Assembly: GCF_009914755.1 (NCBI RefSeq)
Contig: NC_060926.1
Reading direction: 5' to 3' (one strand)
Origin: the human T2T-CHM13v2.0 reference genome, Homo sapiens
DNA: 64,000 nt
Shown: piece by piece, positions 11,251 through 24,900 of the stretch
Layout: each line of letters starts with the position of its first letter
How positions within the stretch are numbered: the stretch's first letter is position 1
Program-made: the position numbers and the translations under genes
The notes under the pieces: generated by a model
What the model was told of the DNA's origin: nothing
Seen by the model: the letters and a program-made list of their open reading frames with translations, nothing else
Database searches by the model: none

Positions 11251-14200
11251 TCGAACACATATGATTGCCAGTATGGAGAATGAAAGATTAATAATGCTTT
11301 CTGGAGAGTTTGATGCAAAAGTGGGGGAAACGGAGAAAAGGCGCTAAGGCTAAATCCATCTGCATTTGCTATATTTCATTAGCTAAAGTCAGGTCAGGGC
11401 AGGGCCAAGGCCTCCAATTGGCAAAGGACAGTGTTATGGCTTTAAAAAGCTGAAACCCCAACCTCTAAGTAGATCACAATGTTTTCTGAGCTTTGCAGTA
11501 ATTTTCTATGGAAACTAAAACCTCTAAAACATACAAGCTGGCCCAAATGAGAACACAAGCAAAAGATGTGGAAGACAGCAAAACCTGAGCACTGGTTTGA
11601 ACCAGGCACTGACATTTGAAATGCTTTAAGCCTTTTCACATTCCTTCTTTATTCCCTCCAAAAAAAAAAGTCTTGAGTTTAATTTAGGTCTATTTTGGCT
11701 GAGATTAGCATACCTCTGACTCACAGGATTTAATAAATTATAGTATTATTGAATACATAGGACATCCCTCTACCCCAGCTTACTCTTATCTTTTTAATTT
11801 AAAATAGTATTCTGCTACCAAGAAGGATGCAACTGCTAGTTTTAGATGTAAATAGTGTTATTTACTGGACTTTGTGATATTATTTTCTTAACTACACTTT
11901 ACTATGGCCCTGTTGAAAACAGACTATCAAGTTTTTTGTCTCTGTTCTGTCATCTCTCTTAAGCCAGGCACCTTTAGAGTGTTTGCAATTTGTTCGAAGT
12001 GGTTGAGGATCTCAGGCCCTGCTCACGTGAGGTGGAGTGCAGGGGAGCTACCGGTTTCCCTGCTGACCTGCTGAATGCTACCTTCCCCTCGAGTTGAATA
12101 CACCTTAAGGAAAATGATAACACGAGGGACGTGTAACTTGTTTTGAAGCATTAAAAACCAGCAGCTCTTCACTATGTTCCATATTTTAACCAAACTACTG
12201 TAGACTACTAAACATAGCCAAGCCAGAACATTCCTTCTGGATTAAGCCTAGGCCACTTGAGGGGCAGCCAGGGGTGATGGTGTCAGGTGAGAATCCTGTG
12301 TCTTGAAGGAGTGGCCTTTACAGGAAGAGTGCCCATGTTTTCACCTGCAGCGTTGCCACCAGAGTGTGCAATACCTCCTGCACACAGGCTCAGGGTAAAC
12401 TGCTCCAAAGCTGGGTTTTGTGTTGCATACAAAGTCAATAAAATAGTTGCTAATCCTGAATGGCAGCCAGTGATGTGAAGGTACTATTAAAGTGAACAAA
12501 AACTAGATTGCAACAGTTTTCTTTCCTTGCTTGAAGTATAACACACGCTCCATTTGATCCTGCCTGAAAGAAGCTAACATTATATTTGTGACAGACAGAG
12601 GCTCCATCAAGCCAAGCAACAATTAACAGCTCAAGTGTAAGATTTATAAATGCCCGTGTACTCACCCTTCAATTGTTACCACCCAGAGGTTACAGGACTC
12701 TTTCCCAGCATTTAGGGGAACAGGCTTTTAGAGTATTTAGAAGACCAGGCTATAATCAGTAATGTGCCTGGGAGCAGGAAATAGCTCCCAATTTATTTAT
12801 GGCCTTGGGAAAACTCAATCCGGTGTCTCCTTGTAGCTCAGAACACTAATAGCCCCCCTGGAAGAGAGTGGCACATTGAGCTCCAAACCCAATCAACATA
12901 CATCCACTTGGCTGCAGATCTGACTGCTGGGTCATGAAGGCCGTGAAATGATGTTTGCCCTCAAGTCACTAGATATTTTAAGAAGCCCTATTTTTCTCCC
13001 TTTTTGCAGGAGTAGAGAGATGAAAGAGGACAGACCATTGAAAACTTTTAGATGCAGGAGAATTGAGACTTCCACAAGGGAGAGAAACACAGCCTCCCCA
13101 GAATCCATTATGCCATCGGGTTGTGGCACTCTCACCCTTGCCATAATACCGTTTCCTAACAATATCAAATCAGTGGATGAAATACAAGCTCAGAAACAGG
13201 AACATTTTCCTAAATCATAACCTAATAGCAAACAAAAATTGAAAAAACAATTATTCTGAAGCTCATTATTCTTAGATCTGTAGATATATATGTGTTGACT
13301 CCCACAGGATGGCACCAAGTAAAGATCTTAAGAGCATAGTAGGGGTTCTGAGACCGACTGTCACCCGTGGATCCTGATGGGGAAGAACAGAGGCTTCACT
13401 GTAGCTATAGTTTTCCACCAAGTCAATCAAATTAAAACATGACTCATTGTCCCCTCCAAAGATTCATAAAATTCTTGAGCTAAAGTGATCTTCTGAAGAA
13501 AAGCCACCTAACAATGTTAGGAGGCTCATAAAGCTCATTTCTCTTTTCCCTGGTATGCACAAATATCAAGCCTATAAAAAAGTAATTATTTCCCCAAACC
13601 TGTAACCACTGCATTCGTTTTCTTTGGAGGAACATTGTAGCATTTCAGGAGGGTCGAGAGATCTAAAGAGTTTGGTCTGAATGTGTGTCTGTACAATTCC
13701 CTTTGGCATTAAACTCTGAAACCTACAATCAATGGCCTTCAAATTGGTGTTAAATTGGGAGAACACCCTACTGCTTTCTGAGTCTACGAGCAACAGAAAG
13801 ACTGGTCTTAGTGCAATTAGGCAGGAGGGATTTGGACTCAGAAACAGCCACAGAAGTATTTCTCAGCACTCCCAGTTCCTGCCAACTTAGCTGGAAACGA
13901 TGCCACAGCGAGACCAGAAAGAGGAGTCGCCTTAAGGTATCCCTACAAAGTCACCTTTCTGATAAAAAGGAGGGAAAAAAAAGTTAGATATCTAAAATAA
14001 GCCTAGAATCTCACACACAGCTGTGACTTCTAAGTGAAACTCTTTTCTCCCTCATGTCCTTAAATAGTCACAGAATCACACACAGCCTGACTTTTAAAGA
14101 CAAGCTTGGCTACAGGAAATGAACCAACCCCAAAGACTCTTCTAACCTGTCTCCTGACTGGGCTCCTTCAGAAAGTGTTCTCCTGTTCCATCTGTAGGGC

Positions 14201-14447
14201 TGCTTACTACTGGAACCTAAAACAAAACCTGTTGTTTGTACCATCACTTTTTCTGGTGTTTCCTGTGCTTTTGTGATTCCAAGTCTGTTCATAAGTTCTG
14301 AAGATAAATTATGTGAAATCATATTTTGGCATATGGGGGTGGAGGATGAATTCTTTACAGACTTTTTAAGATGATCCATTTGTACCACAGAAAACATTTT
14401 GGAAGTTGTTATATATGAGTATATAAATTTTTCTTTTCATATTTTAC

Positions 14448-14466
14448 ATTAAAATAAAGCTTTATT
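14448..14466 (+). terminator. PARD3B: Distal polyadenylation signal: overlapping ATTAAA (14448) and AATAAA (14453)
   Basis: U-rich upstream tract, TGTA at 14381, tandem hexamers, and GT/T-containing downstream sequence. Confidence 0.75.
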
Positions 14467-14504
14467 CAGTCATTAAGACGTCAGAGTCTTGGATTGCTTT
14501 AGGA

Positions 14505-14714
14505 TGGGGTTGTCCAATCTTTTGGCTTCCCTGGGCCACCTTGGAAGAATTTTCTTGGGCCACACATAAAATACACTAACACCAATGACAGCTGATGAGC
14601 TAAAAAAAAAAAAAAAAAAAAGCTGCAAAAAATCCCTCAATGTTTTAAGAAAGTTTATGAATTTGTTTTGGGTAACATTCAAAGCCAACCTGGGCTGTGG
14701 GTTGGACAAGCTTG
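14505..14714. mobile_element. MER30 (hAT-Charlie MITE)
   Basis: GGGGTTGTCCAATCTTTTGGCTTCCCTGGGCCAC...GCTGATGAGCTAAAAAA...GGGTTGGACAAGCTTG. Confidence 0.85.
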
Positions 14715-14839
14715 TTTCAGGATCGGATCTGATGAATCAACAAGTGGGTCTGGGCCTACTCACCCTGGAATAGCAACATTCAGTAGTTGAATAGCAACGT
14801 TCCAAACAGCAAGAGGGCAAGGAACAAGAGCATCAGTCA

Positions 14840-15260
14840 CACGCTGGGCCCCCCAAGAAACAGATGCTGAGATGGAGATTCTCAAGCCAATGTGTACTGA
14901 GGTGTGCACTTGGGTTTCAATACCTTAAAAAGGGAGGGAAACAGGCCTGGGCAGAGGGAGAAGCTGAGCCGTAGTGCACTCCCAGCTTAGGCCTCAGCCA
15001 CCCCACAGTGGGAGCAACAATGGCTCTTCAGAGCTGTCCCCAGTTGGGACAAGGGAGCTGAGCCTTTATGCCACCATTGATTGGTAAATACAGGTTACCT
15101 CTGGAAAGAAAGATCTAGCTAGGGTTCGGCAGTTTTCTTCAGTTGAGGCAAACCCAAAGAAAGCCGACAGCTGGGGCCCATCTTTGGATGGTATTCAAAA
15201 CAGCTGGAAAAGAGCTCCTTCTTAATGTGGCATCTGAGCAGCCTGTCACAGCATTCAGGA
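14840..15260. mobile_element. Old ERVL LTR (LTR16/LTR33-like)
   Basis: CAGATGCTGAGATGGAGATT...GGGCAGAGGGAGAAGCTGAGC...GGCCTCAGCCACCCCAC...CTTCAGAGCTGTCCC. Confidence 0.6.
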
Positions 15261-15874
15261 CAACATCTAAAACTGGCAACCACTTTCTGGTGCTGGAATC
15301 ACTCATCCCTAGAAAGTTCTCCTTGAGACCGTCCCTGTCAACCCCCAGCTCCTTTATTCCCTTGGCCTAGTCTCAGACCTCCCCATACTCCTGGTAAGCC
15401 CATCCACAGCCAAGGTTTCGGCCACCGCCTCTCTACTGACTGCTCCAGCTCAGCTCTGTGCCCTGAGCTCATGCATTTCTGCTTTTCCACTACCCATTCC
15501 CATTTGGATGTCCTGCAAAGCCTTTAAACATAACATGCCCACACTGAAAACAAGCTTTCTCCAAAGAAACCTCCTCCTCACAATTCTGTCCTGGCCAAAA
15601 TGTGAACCAAGTTCACGGCTAAAAACTGGAAACTTGGAAATTATCCTGGATTTCCCATTTAAAATTCTGCCCCTTCCTCCTACACATTCCCATATAATGA
15701 GATGGAAGGCCAACATTGTGTCCTGCAATTCCATCAAATATGTTTATGTTTCCTGATACCGTGACATGCCTGGGCTCAGCCTCATCACTTCTCACCCAGC
15801 CCCTTCAATAGCCTTCGATGTGATCGCCCCCCACCTCAGGCCTTGTTCCCTTCAATCCACCTCTGTGCTATACA

Positions 15875-15965
15875 GCCCTGCTCCTTGCTTCTGGAAATAA
15901 AGTTATATTGGAACACATACACACCCATTCATTTACATGACGCTCTAGAGCTCTTTCACAACAGC
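15875..15965. mobile_element. MER58-like fragment within L2/MIR debris
   Basis: AAATAAAGTTATATTGGAACACATACACACCCATTCATTTACAT. Confidence 0.6.
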
Positions 15966-16226
15966 ATCGATCCCTGCTCTATATTGCTGCCTAGGAATTT
16001 TTCTGAAGTAGAGATCTGATGATATTACTCTTCTAGAGGCAGCATGTCTTCTTGAAAAAAAATGTTGGCTTTGAAAACAGGTAGGCATCGATTTAAAACA
16101 AAGTTCAACTACTGATTGGTTGCATAACCTTGAATAAAATACTTATTTATCCGTCTAGCATCATTAGTGAAGTAGAACTGCTATTCACCTTATAGGGTTG
16201 GTTTCAGAATTAAGTCACATGACAGA

Positions 16227-17385
16227 CAGCAGGCCCTCAAATAACCTCATTTCACTCAATGTTGTATCATTATAACATTAATTAGGAAAAAAAAAATTGA
16301 TTCCTGGCCGGGGCCACTGTGTGTGTGGAGTTTGCATGCTCTCCCCACGTCTGCATGGGATTGCTCCGGATACGCCAGTTTCTTCCCACATCCCATAGAT
16401 GTAACTGTTCAGTTAAACAGCAGGCCTAAATAGTCCAAGTGTGAATGAGTGTGGGTGTGAGCGTGAGTCCTCCCTTCAGTGGAAGGGCATCCTGTCCGGG
16501 GCTGGTTCCTGCCTTGTGCCCTGAGCTGCCCGTATAGGCTCAGCCACCCATGACCCTGAACTGATATAAGTGGGTTGAAAAGTGAGTGGAGGCAAGGCAC
16601 GGTGGCTCACATCTATCATCCCAGCACTTTGGGAGGCCAAGGTGGGCAGATCACATGAGGCCAGGAGTTCAGGACCAGCCTGGCCAACATGGCAAAACCC
16701 CATCTCTAATAAAAATACAAAAATTAGCCAGGTGTGGTGGTGCACACCTGTAATCCCAGCTACTCAGGAAGCTGAGGCACAAGAATCACTTGAACCCAGG
16801 AGGCAGAGTTTGGAGTGAGCCAAGATCTTGCTACTACAATCCAGCCTGGGTGACAGAGCAAGACCCTGACAAAAAAAAAAAAAAAAAAGAAAAAAAGAAA
16901 AATGAGTGGAAAAACGCATACAAAATAATCTAAAATACAAATATGTAAACAATAATCATACAAATGCACAGTAAACGATGCGGTACAAGAATGCTCAGTG
17001 AGCCTGCGATATCTGTGATTGTTTTTGAACCGCATGATGGTGGGAGGTGCTCCTTACAATTTCACTTTGTAAACATTTACTCCTTGATTTAACTCACTGC
17101 CGTTATTCACTGATTCACCAAATTATGGATAAATTATTTTCTTGTTTTCATCAATATTTCTTCAATGTATGTATAGCTCACACGTATTTTTCATGGGTAA
17201 GATTAGAAGCACTTGGGTCTTTATCTAGAAGTTTAGTGATGCTTTTGTGACCAGAAGTATACCATAGGAACGTAACTCTTGCTTCTATCAGTTAGGCTAT
17301 GGTAAAATTGGCGTCATTATACATCACTTCACTCAAAATTGCAGTTTCCGGTAACCCATTGAGGACATTAAGGGAGGACTTACTG
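16227..17385 (+). mobile_element. MER6 (TcMar-Tigger), near full length, interrupted by an Alu
   Basis: Termini CAGCAGGCCCTCAAATAAC and GAGGACTTACTG followed by TA; internal GGCCGGGGCCACTGTGTGTGTGGAGTTTGCATGCTCTCCCC. Confidence 0.85.
16591..16900 (+). mobile_element. Alu inserted in MER6
   Basis: Full Alu with A tail; TSD GAAAAGTGAGTGGA / GAAAAATGAGTGGA. Confidence 0.96.
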
Positions 17386-17394
17386 TATAGAAGC

Positions 17395-17588
17395 ACTGGT
17401 GCCAGCTTCAAAGAGCCAACTGTATGCATCTCGTCCCAACTCCACATTCAGTGATGTCATGGAGAAAGGCTGAAACGGGATATGTTGGGAGTATTTACAA
17501 CACAGGAATTGGCATATCTGACAAATCAGGGCGTTTTTTCCTTCCCTCTGGAGAGCCAGTTGTTAAACATTTCACAGCACACCATGGT
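17395..17588. mobile_element. MER63A-like (hAT-Blackjack) MITE
   Basis: CCCAACTCCACATTCAGTGATGTCA...GGGAGTATTTACA...ACAAATCAGGGC...GGAGAGCCAGTTGTTAAACATTT. Confidence 0.75.
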
Positions 17589-17631
17589 CGTAACATCCCC
17601 AGCAGTCAAGGAAAATTAACCCGTCCCCATT

Positions 17632-17651
17632 ACACACACACATACACAAAA

Positions 17652-17684
<33 letters not shown>

Positions 17685-17687
17685 CAC
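17632..17687. repeat. Interrupted (CA)n microsatellite
   Basis: Read directly from the sequence. Confidence 0.9.
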
Positions 17688-17783
17688 CTTAAAACCTTTC
17701 TGTGGCTTCCTACTACTTACAGCTTAAGTCAGAAATCCAAAACCCCTGTGTGCCTCTCCCGCCTCCGTCCTTGCTGCTCATAG

Positions 17784-18019
<236 letters not shown>

Positions 18020-18559
18020 TGTGCTAATGTTATTTCTAATGACTTTGATCCGTGTGACCTGGACATGAATTCTCACAGCTCCGTACCCTGGCAGTATGCA
18101 GTAGGCAATAGCACAGCCACCCCTGCTCAAACTACCCTCTTTGCCCACCCTGCTTTGTCCTGTGGATCCTTATTCATCTTTCAAGCCCAGGTGAAGCAGC
18201 TCTTTCTCCATGAAGCCTTGAAAACAGAAATTGGAGACTGACTCCCTCCCTTCCACCCTGCTTTCTTGTAGCAGGACTTACTGCAGGGTAAGTCAGAAAT
18301 TCTGACATGGGCCGCCACATTTTTCAGATTTCCTCTCAACTTGGGTTCCACGTGAGACTCATTTCCACCAAACAGACCCAGCACTCTGACAGACGGAACT
18401 GAGGCTAGGCCTGCTCTTGCTGGCTAACCCAGCACCAGCTGGAGTGCCCAGGCTCTAGCTTCCTGGGCATCAAAAGGGCTGTGTGACGGTTAGCCATTGT
18501 GTCAGCATGCATCCCAGATGAGGCAACGGGATCCTGTTGTCCACTGGTTCTTTGAATCC

Positions 18560-19440
18560 CCCCTTTTTTTAAAACAGCTTTATTGAGGTATGTTTGCAGA
18601 GCTGTGCAACCATCACCACAATCAATTTTAGAATATTTTCAACATCCAATAAGAAAACGCCATAGTCATCAGCAGTCAATCCCCATTTCTCCACTCCCCC
18701 ATTTCCTCTGCCTTACCCCCATCCAGGGGAATCACTTGTTTCTGTATGTTTGCCTGCTCTGGAATTATCCTGTCCATCGATGGATGAATGATTAAAGAAA
18801 ATGTGGCATATGTACACAGTGGAGTACCTTATTAGTCTATTTTCATGCTGCCGATAAAGACATACCCAAGACTGGGAAGAAAAAGAGGTTTAATTGGACT
18901 TACAGCTCCACATGGCTGGGGAGGCCTCAGAATCATGCCGGGAGACAAAAGGCACTTCCTACATAGCGGCAGCAAGAGAAAATGAGAAAGATGCAAAAGC
19001 AGAAACCCCTGATAAAACCATCAGATCTCGTGAGACTTATTCCCTACTACGAGAACAGTATGGGGGAAACCACGCCCATGATTCAAATTATCTCCCACTG
19101 GGTCCCTCCCACAACATGTGGGAATTATGGGAGTACAATTCAAGATGAGATTTGGGTGGGGACACAGAGCCAAACCATATAAAGTACTATTCAGCCATAA
19201 AAGAAGATAAAATCCTGTCATTTGTGACATCATAGGTAAACCTGGAGGCATTATGTTAAGTAAAATAAGCCAGACACAGAAAGACAAATACCACATGTTC
19301 TCACTCACATGTGGCATTTTAGAAAGCTGCTCTCATAGCAGGAGACAGCAGAATGGTGGTTACCAGAGACTTGGGTAGTTAGGAGAGAGAGGAATGGGGA
19401 GATGTGGTCAGAGGATACACCATCAAAGACAGGAGGAGTA
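18560..19440. mobile_element. L1M 3' fragments: an antisense piece (~18560-18770) abutting a sense piece (~18770-19440) that is split by THE1
   Basis: GATGAATGATTAAAGAAAATGTGGCATATGTACACAGTGGAGTAC...TATTCAGCCATAAAAGAAGATAAAATCCTGTCATTTG...AAATACCACATGTTCTCACTC. Confidence 0.75.
18828..19182 (-). mobile_element. THE1 (THE1A-like) MaLR solo LTR
   Basis: ATTAGTCTATTTTCATGCTGCCGATAAAGACATACCC...GGGACACAGAGCCAAACCATAT; 5-bp TSD AGTAC at 18823-18827 and 19183-19187. Confidence 0.93.
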
Positions 19441-19750
<310 letters not shown>

Positions 19751-20809
19751 TAAAATTGTCCAGAATCTTTGACTTTCTTATCACTGAAGGTAGCAACTTT
19801 CTCAGTGGGCCAGCTCTGTGATGTTTTTCTGAGACTTATTCCTGGAAACACTGCCTAGAGCCTGCTCCTCCAGCCCTTCCAACAATTTCATAAACACCTA
19901 ACTCCCCACATTAAATTCCTGTTTCAACTTGCTAGAAGAGGCTCAGTTATCTGCAATTCTACCGACACAAACACCTTCCACACCCCTCCTCCCGAGGCAG
20001 AGTTGATAATTCTACACTGTATGTTACTGAGATGCTTTCTGCAGATTCTCAATAAAACTTTTACTACCTGTATTACAATAATTAGTTTCCACGTCTGTGT
20101 GGCCTTCTAAGGTGTACCTGCCTGGCTCTGACTATATGCTTAAGAAATATTTGTTGAATTCATTTGAATGAAGAAATGAGGTGTGAGGATTCTTTTCCTG
20201 ACTTGTTACACCGCTGACGTTCCACTTCGAAGCTCAAGCTGTAAATCTCAAAGTCCTGTCGTTAAAGATCGCCTGGTACTATTCTTGAGGTGAAAGGTGT
20301 TAGCTCACGTGGACAGGCTGGATTCTAATTTAAAACACGAGGAACCAGGCCAGGAGATTGTAAATGCAATGGGTAATGCATTATTTAGAGAGTAAAGAGG
20401 GACTTGAGCAAATCGAAAATGTATTACTTACAACCTACTAAGATGGAAATACTTTTAGCGACAGGTGATTACTATTATTATTGTATAACTCCTTGAATTT
20501 TAGGCAAGTGCTTTGCAATCACTTGTATTACCAGCACCTTTCAACAACTGTAGATGGTGAGTTGGAATGATTCCCTGACTTCCCATAAAGAAACTGGGTC
20601 CTCTATACAATGGTACTTAAAAAAAGATTTAATGAAAGCTATTTATTCCAAAGAAACTAGAAATTACTTTGTAAGTGTCTTGGTAACTGAGATTTCTTTT
20701 TTAGTGGCCATATTTATTCTAATTCTTGTTTGCATTACATGCTGCATGTTGCCTGATGACAGTAATTTCTGCTTCTCACACAAAGAACATCAGGTTTATA
20801 TTTTTTTTA

Positions 20810-21367
<558 letters not shown>

Positions 21368-21599
21368 TTAGCCTGTGGCCAATGTGCCTCAACCCTGTGC
21401 CTTCCTAATCACTGGACTTTCAGAGGTCCTTTGTCATGGTTAAAGATGACCCAAGTCATCTGAAAATGGCAGAGAGATGCTTCAGCTGTCAACATTTTAA
21501 AGATCATCCTTTCAACTTGAACCTTTATATTTGGTTGTTACCAACAATCCCCACACAAACCCAAATACTAAGTTTGCTGTATAATCATGAATGTGTGAC

Positions 21600-21967
21600 A
21601 TCATGCAGTGACTCACACCTGTAATCCTAGCACTTTGGGAGGCTGAGGTGGGAGGATGGCTTCAGCTCAGGAGTTTGAGACCAGCCTGCATGACATGAGA
21701 CCTTGTCTCTACAAAAAACTGAAAAATTAGCCAGGTGTGATGTCTCACACCTGCAGTCCCAGCTACTCGTGAGGCTGAGGCCAGGAAATAGTGTGAGCCC
21801 AGGAGGTCAAGGCTGCAGTGAACTATGATCACACCACTGTGCTCTAGCCTGGGTGACAGAGCGAGACCCTGTCTCTGTCTATAGATAGATATAGATTTAG
21901 ATATAGAGAGGAGATACATGTGTATATGTATATATTTATAGACAGAAACACACACAAACATATATAG
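21600..21967 (+). mobile_element. AluJ-like element whose tail is replaced by a (TAGA/TA/CA) microsatellite
   Basis: GAGGATGGCTTCAGCTCAGGAGTTTGAGACCAGCC...GAGACCCTGTCTC, then ATAGATAGATATAG... Confidence 0.92.
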
Positions 21968-24900
21968 TTTTAACTAGATCCTAACAACCCTTGACTTTGT
22001 AGCTCTTCTGCCTCTTTAGTCTATTAAGAAGTAGAAAAATAAAATGACATTTAATTTTAGCCCAACACATACTTATGTCAGACACTGTAAAATGCTACAG
22101 AGGATCCCAGCCATAGACAAGCCTTGGATTCTACTCCCAGTGACCTGAGAGTTGAGTAGAAGAGAAAAACGTGTTCACAAAGAGCCAGAACTCAAGGCTG
22201 AATGTGATCAGTGCTTGAGGGAGGTACCTTATAACTGGGAAGCCTGCAAGAGGGAGGCTGACTTTTGACTTTGGGCGTAGGCAGAGTCAGGAAGGTCTCG
22301 TGGGAGACATGACATCTGAAATAGCCTTAAAGGATGGGAAGACTGTAAATAGGCCAAGAAAAGAAGGATATTGGCTTTCCAGATAAAGAACAGAATAGAA
22401 GCATCTGCATGGAGACAGGAACTCCCCGAATGTGTGTGACTGGGTGGTAGAGGGAGGGTTGTAGGTGAGTGATAATAATAGCTAATATTTTTTATAATTT
22501 ATCCCATTTAATCCTCAAACTCTGTAAGAAAACACAGCCTTAAATGAATTAAATAACTCGCCCTTGGAATTTCAGATCCAACAAGAGCAAGTTACTTAGG
22601 GGCTTACTTTGGTACTTACAAAAGTCACTCACACAAATGGGTGTTTACATAAAATTGGCCCCAGGAAACCACCATGAGAACTGAACTGGAAAAACTCAAC
22701 AAATCGTCAGCCCTTAGTAGAAAGGAAGGGGGACTAATATTTATTGAGTATACAAGAGCTATGCTAGTTACTTTCCCTACGTTTATCTCATTTTCTCTTC
22801 ACACCAATCAGGTGACTATCTCTACTTTACAGACAAGAAAAGTGAGGTTCCAAGAGATTAAGAACCAGCTGTAGCTAGTAAAATGGGAGTGCTGATCTCA
22901 AATCCAGCTGGGAGTCCACGGCCTGTCCTCCTTGCTACACCAATGAGGAGTGGAGATTAAAAGTAAATCTCAATGTAATTTCTTTTCATTCTTCATAGCT
23001 TACGTTGTGATTACTATTTAAAGTGTGTGCAATGTTGACAATTCAGAACATGTAAATGCAGATTTTGACATTTTAGACTGAAGAAACAGGCAGCCTTGGG
23101 TTAGTTCCACTATATATTAAATGATAATCTATGAAGACAGCAGTTTTGAAAGGTATCCAGGCAAATAAGTTGTACTTCTGGCTGAAGTCAGACAGGTAGA
23201 TGAAACTTTGATGACTTAATTCCCCCAACTGTTAAAGGTATAAGCAGACCAGAACCCTGAATTGGAGAGAGGCTGCCAGAACACTTATTAGGAGCAGTAA
23301 AGCGCAGGGCCATAATTTCAACAGGTGATCTTACCTCTCCAGCTAATTGTTTTCCAAGGTTTCTCGGCTCAGAACCATTCAGCATTCTTTTCACTTGGGA
23401 AATGTGCGTGCTCCTTAGGATATTTTCCAGGCTGCAGCCACCCCTGTCCTCTAGTCACGGCAGTATTTTTGCTCAAAGAGCTGTCGATTAGATTTAAGAG
23501 CCGCCCCTGCTCCACAATGCGCTGTCTTGCTGATCTTCAGAGAGTGCTGTGGTGTCGCCCTCTGATTTATGGAGAGGGCAGCTCAAACCCAGCCCAGGGC
23601 TTTATTAAAGCAGCTTTTAGTCATATTATACCTTCCCAGCTCTGAGGCTTCCAACAGCTCCACCACCTAGGAGTCGAATCCCTTTGATAAGTAGCATTCT
23701 GGGTGATTGGAAAGTGGGGGCTGTGCCTCGTACCCTCCCACCATCTTGCCTCCCGACCCCCTAGGTGTGAAATGGTGGGGCAGGGAGGGGGTGATGGAGA
23801 CTCAGGCGCAGGCCTGCTCTCCAGGTGGCTTTTCAATTTTCATTTTTTTTTCCTGACCCTCTCTTGACCTTCTCCATGTGACAGTGTTTGCCCTGGAGCT
23901 GTGCCTCTTCACAGTGATTTTTTTTTTCCATCCAGGCTTTAAAGGGGGAGCCTCTGAGAGGTGTGGCCACACACACCCACTTTCAAAGGCACCTGCCCTC
24001 TGGGCTGTGCCTTTGAGTATCTGCAATATCAAGCTACAGGATGCAGGGCCCCTGCAGAAGACACATTCCATCAGCAGCATTTGCATATCTGCAGGTGAAC
24101 TGTCTTGCAGGTTTGGAGTGTGCAAAGTCAGGCTTTGTCCCATAACATGAATCTTTGCTTCTGTTGATGTATCACCCCCTGCCACAACACACAAACCAGG
24201 CTCTTGCCAAGTAAGGCCAGAGATGGGGAAACTTGTGTATTCTTGACAATTGAAAATTGTGTATTCTATTCAGAGGCAATGAGGTCCTCCCCAGGGACCT
24301 GCATCAGGACCTCTCAGGCTTGCCTTCCTTAGGAGTGAATCCTACATCATGTCCCTGCACCAGCAAACTCATTGGAGCAGTGTTGATAAGCAGAGTCATG
24401 CTGGGTCAAGGTTGGGAAATAACTGGCAGGGGCACCCTCCTCCCCCAGTTCTCCATGGGGGATGAGCCACCACAGGCCGTGTGGAGGATGGGTTACTGTG
24501 GCTCTGGCGTTGACAGACTGGGTGACCCTTAACCTGGCCATCTCTTAACCTCACCCACCTGTCTTTAAAGTGGTGGTTGTGCTGACTTCACAGGGTGATG
24601 GGAAGACTGCATGAAGCATTTAGTACAGTAGTTGATGGAGGCTCTGGGTTATTTACCATCATTCATCCTTACTTCCACAAAGAATCTGGTTTTAGGTGGT
24701 ACTTAAGTAGCACATAATCACCATGAGAAAGCTATTTCCTTTCTGATCCTCAGCTTTGGTCAACAAGAAAAACTTGATCAGGTGCTAGGATGTCTTCAAC
24801 ATCCCCCTAAAACTTGCTAATCTATTATACTCACAGACAGCAGGCCTCAGCTTGAATTTCTGCCGGCTCTAACTGGAATTCCGTAACATTGATTTGCTTT

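Larger units (their letters stand above)
10130..14480 (+). other. PARD3B: PARD3B 3'UTR (~4.3 kb); 3' end approximate
   Basis: Follows the TAG stop. No recognisable Alu/L1 until just after the AATAAA at 14453, where transposon relics resume. Confidence 0.75.

Noticed and set aside
18912-18924. THE1 copy of the PRDM9 hotspot motif position
   Set aside because: The minus strand reads CCTCCCCAGCCAT, which mismatches CCNCCNTNNCCNC at positions 7 and 13. The THE1 copy at ~63190 is also degenerate.
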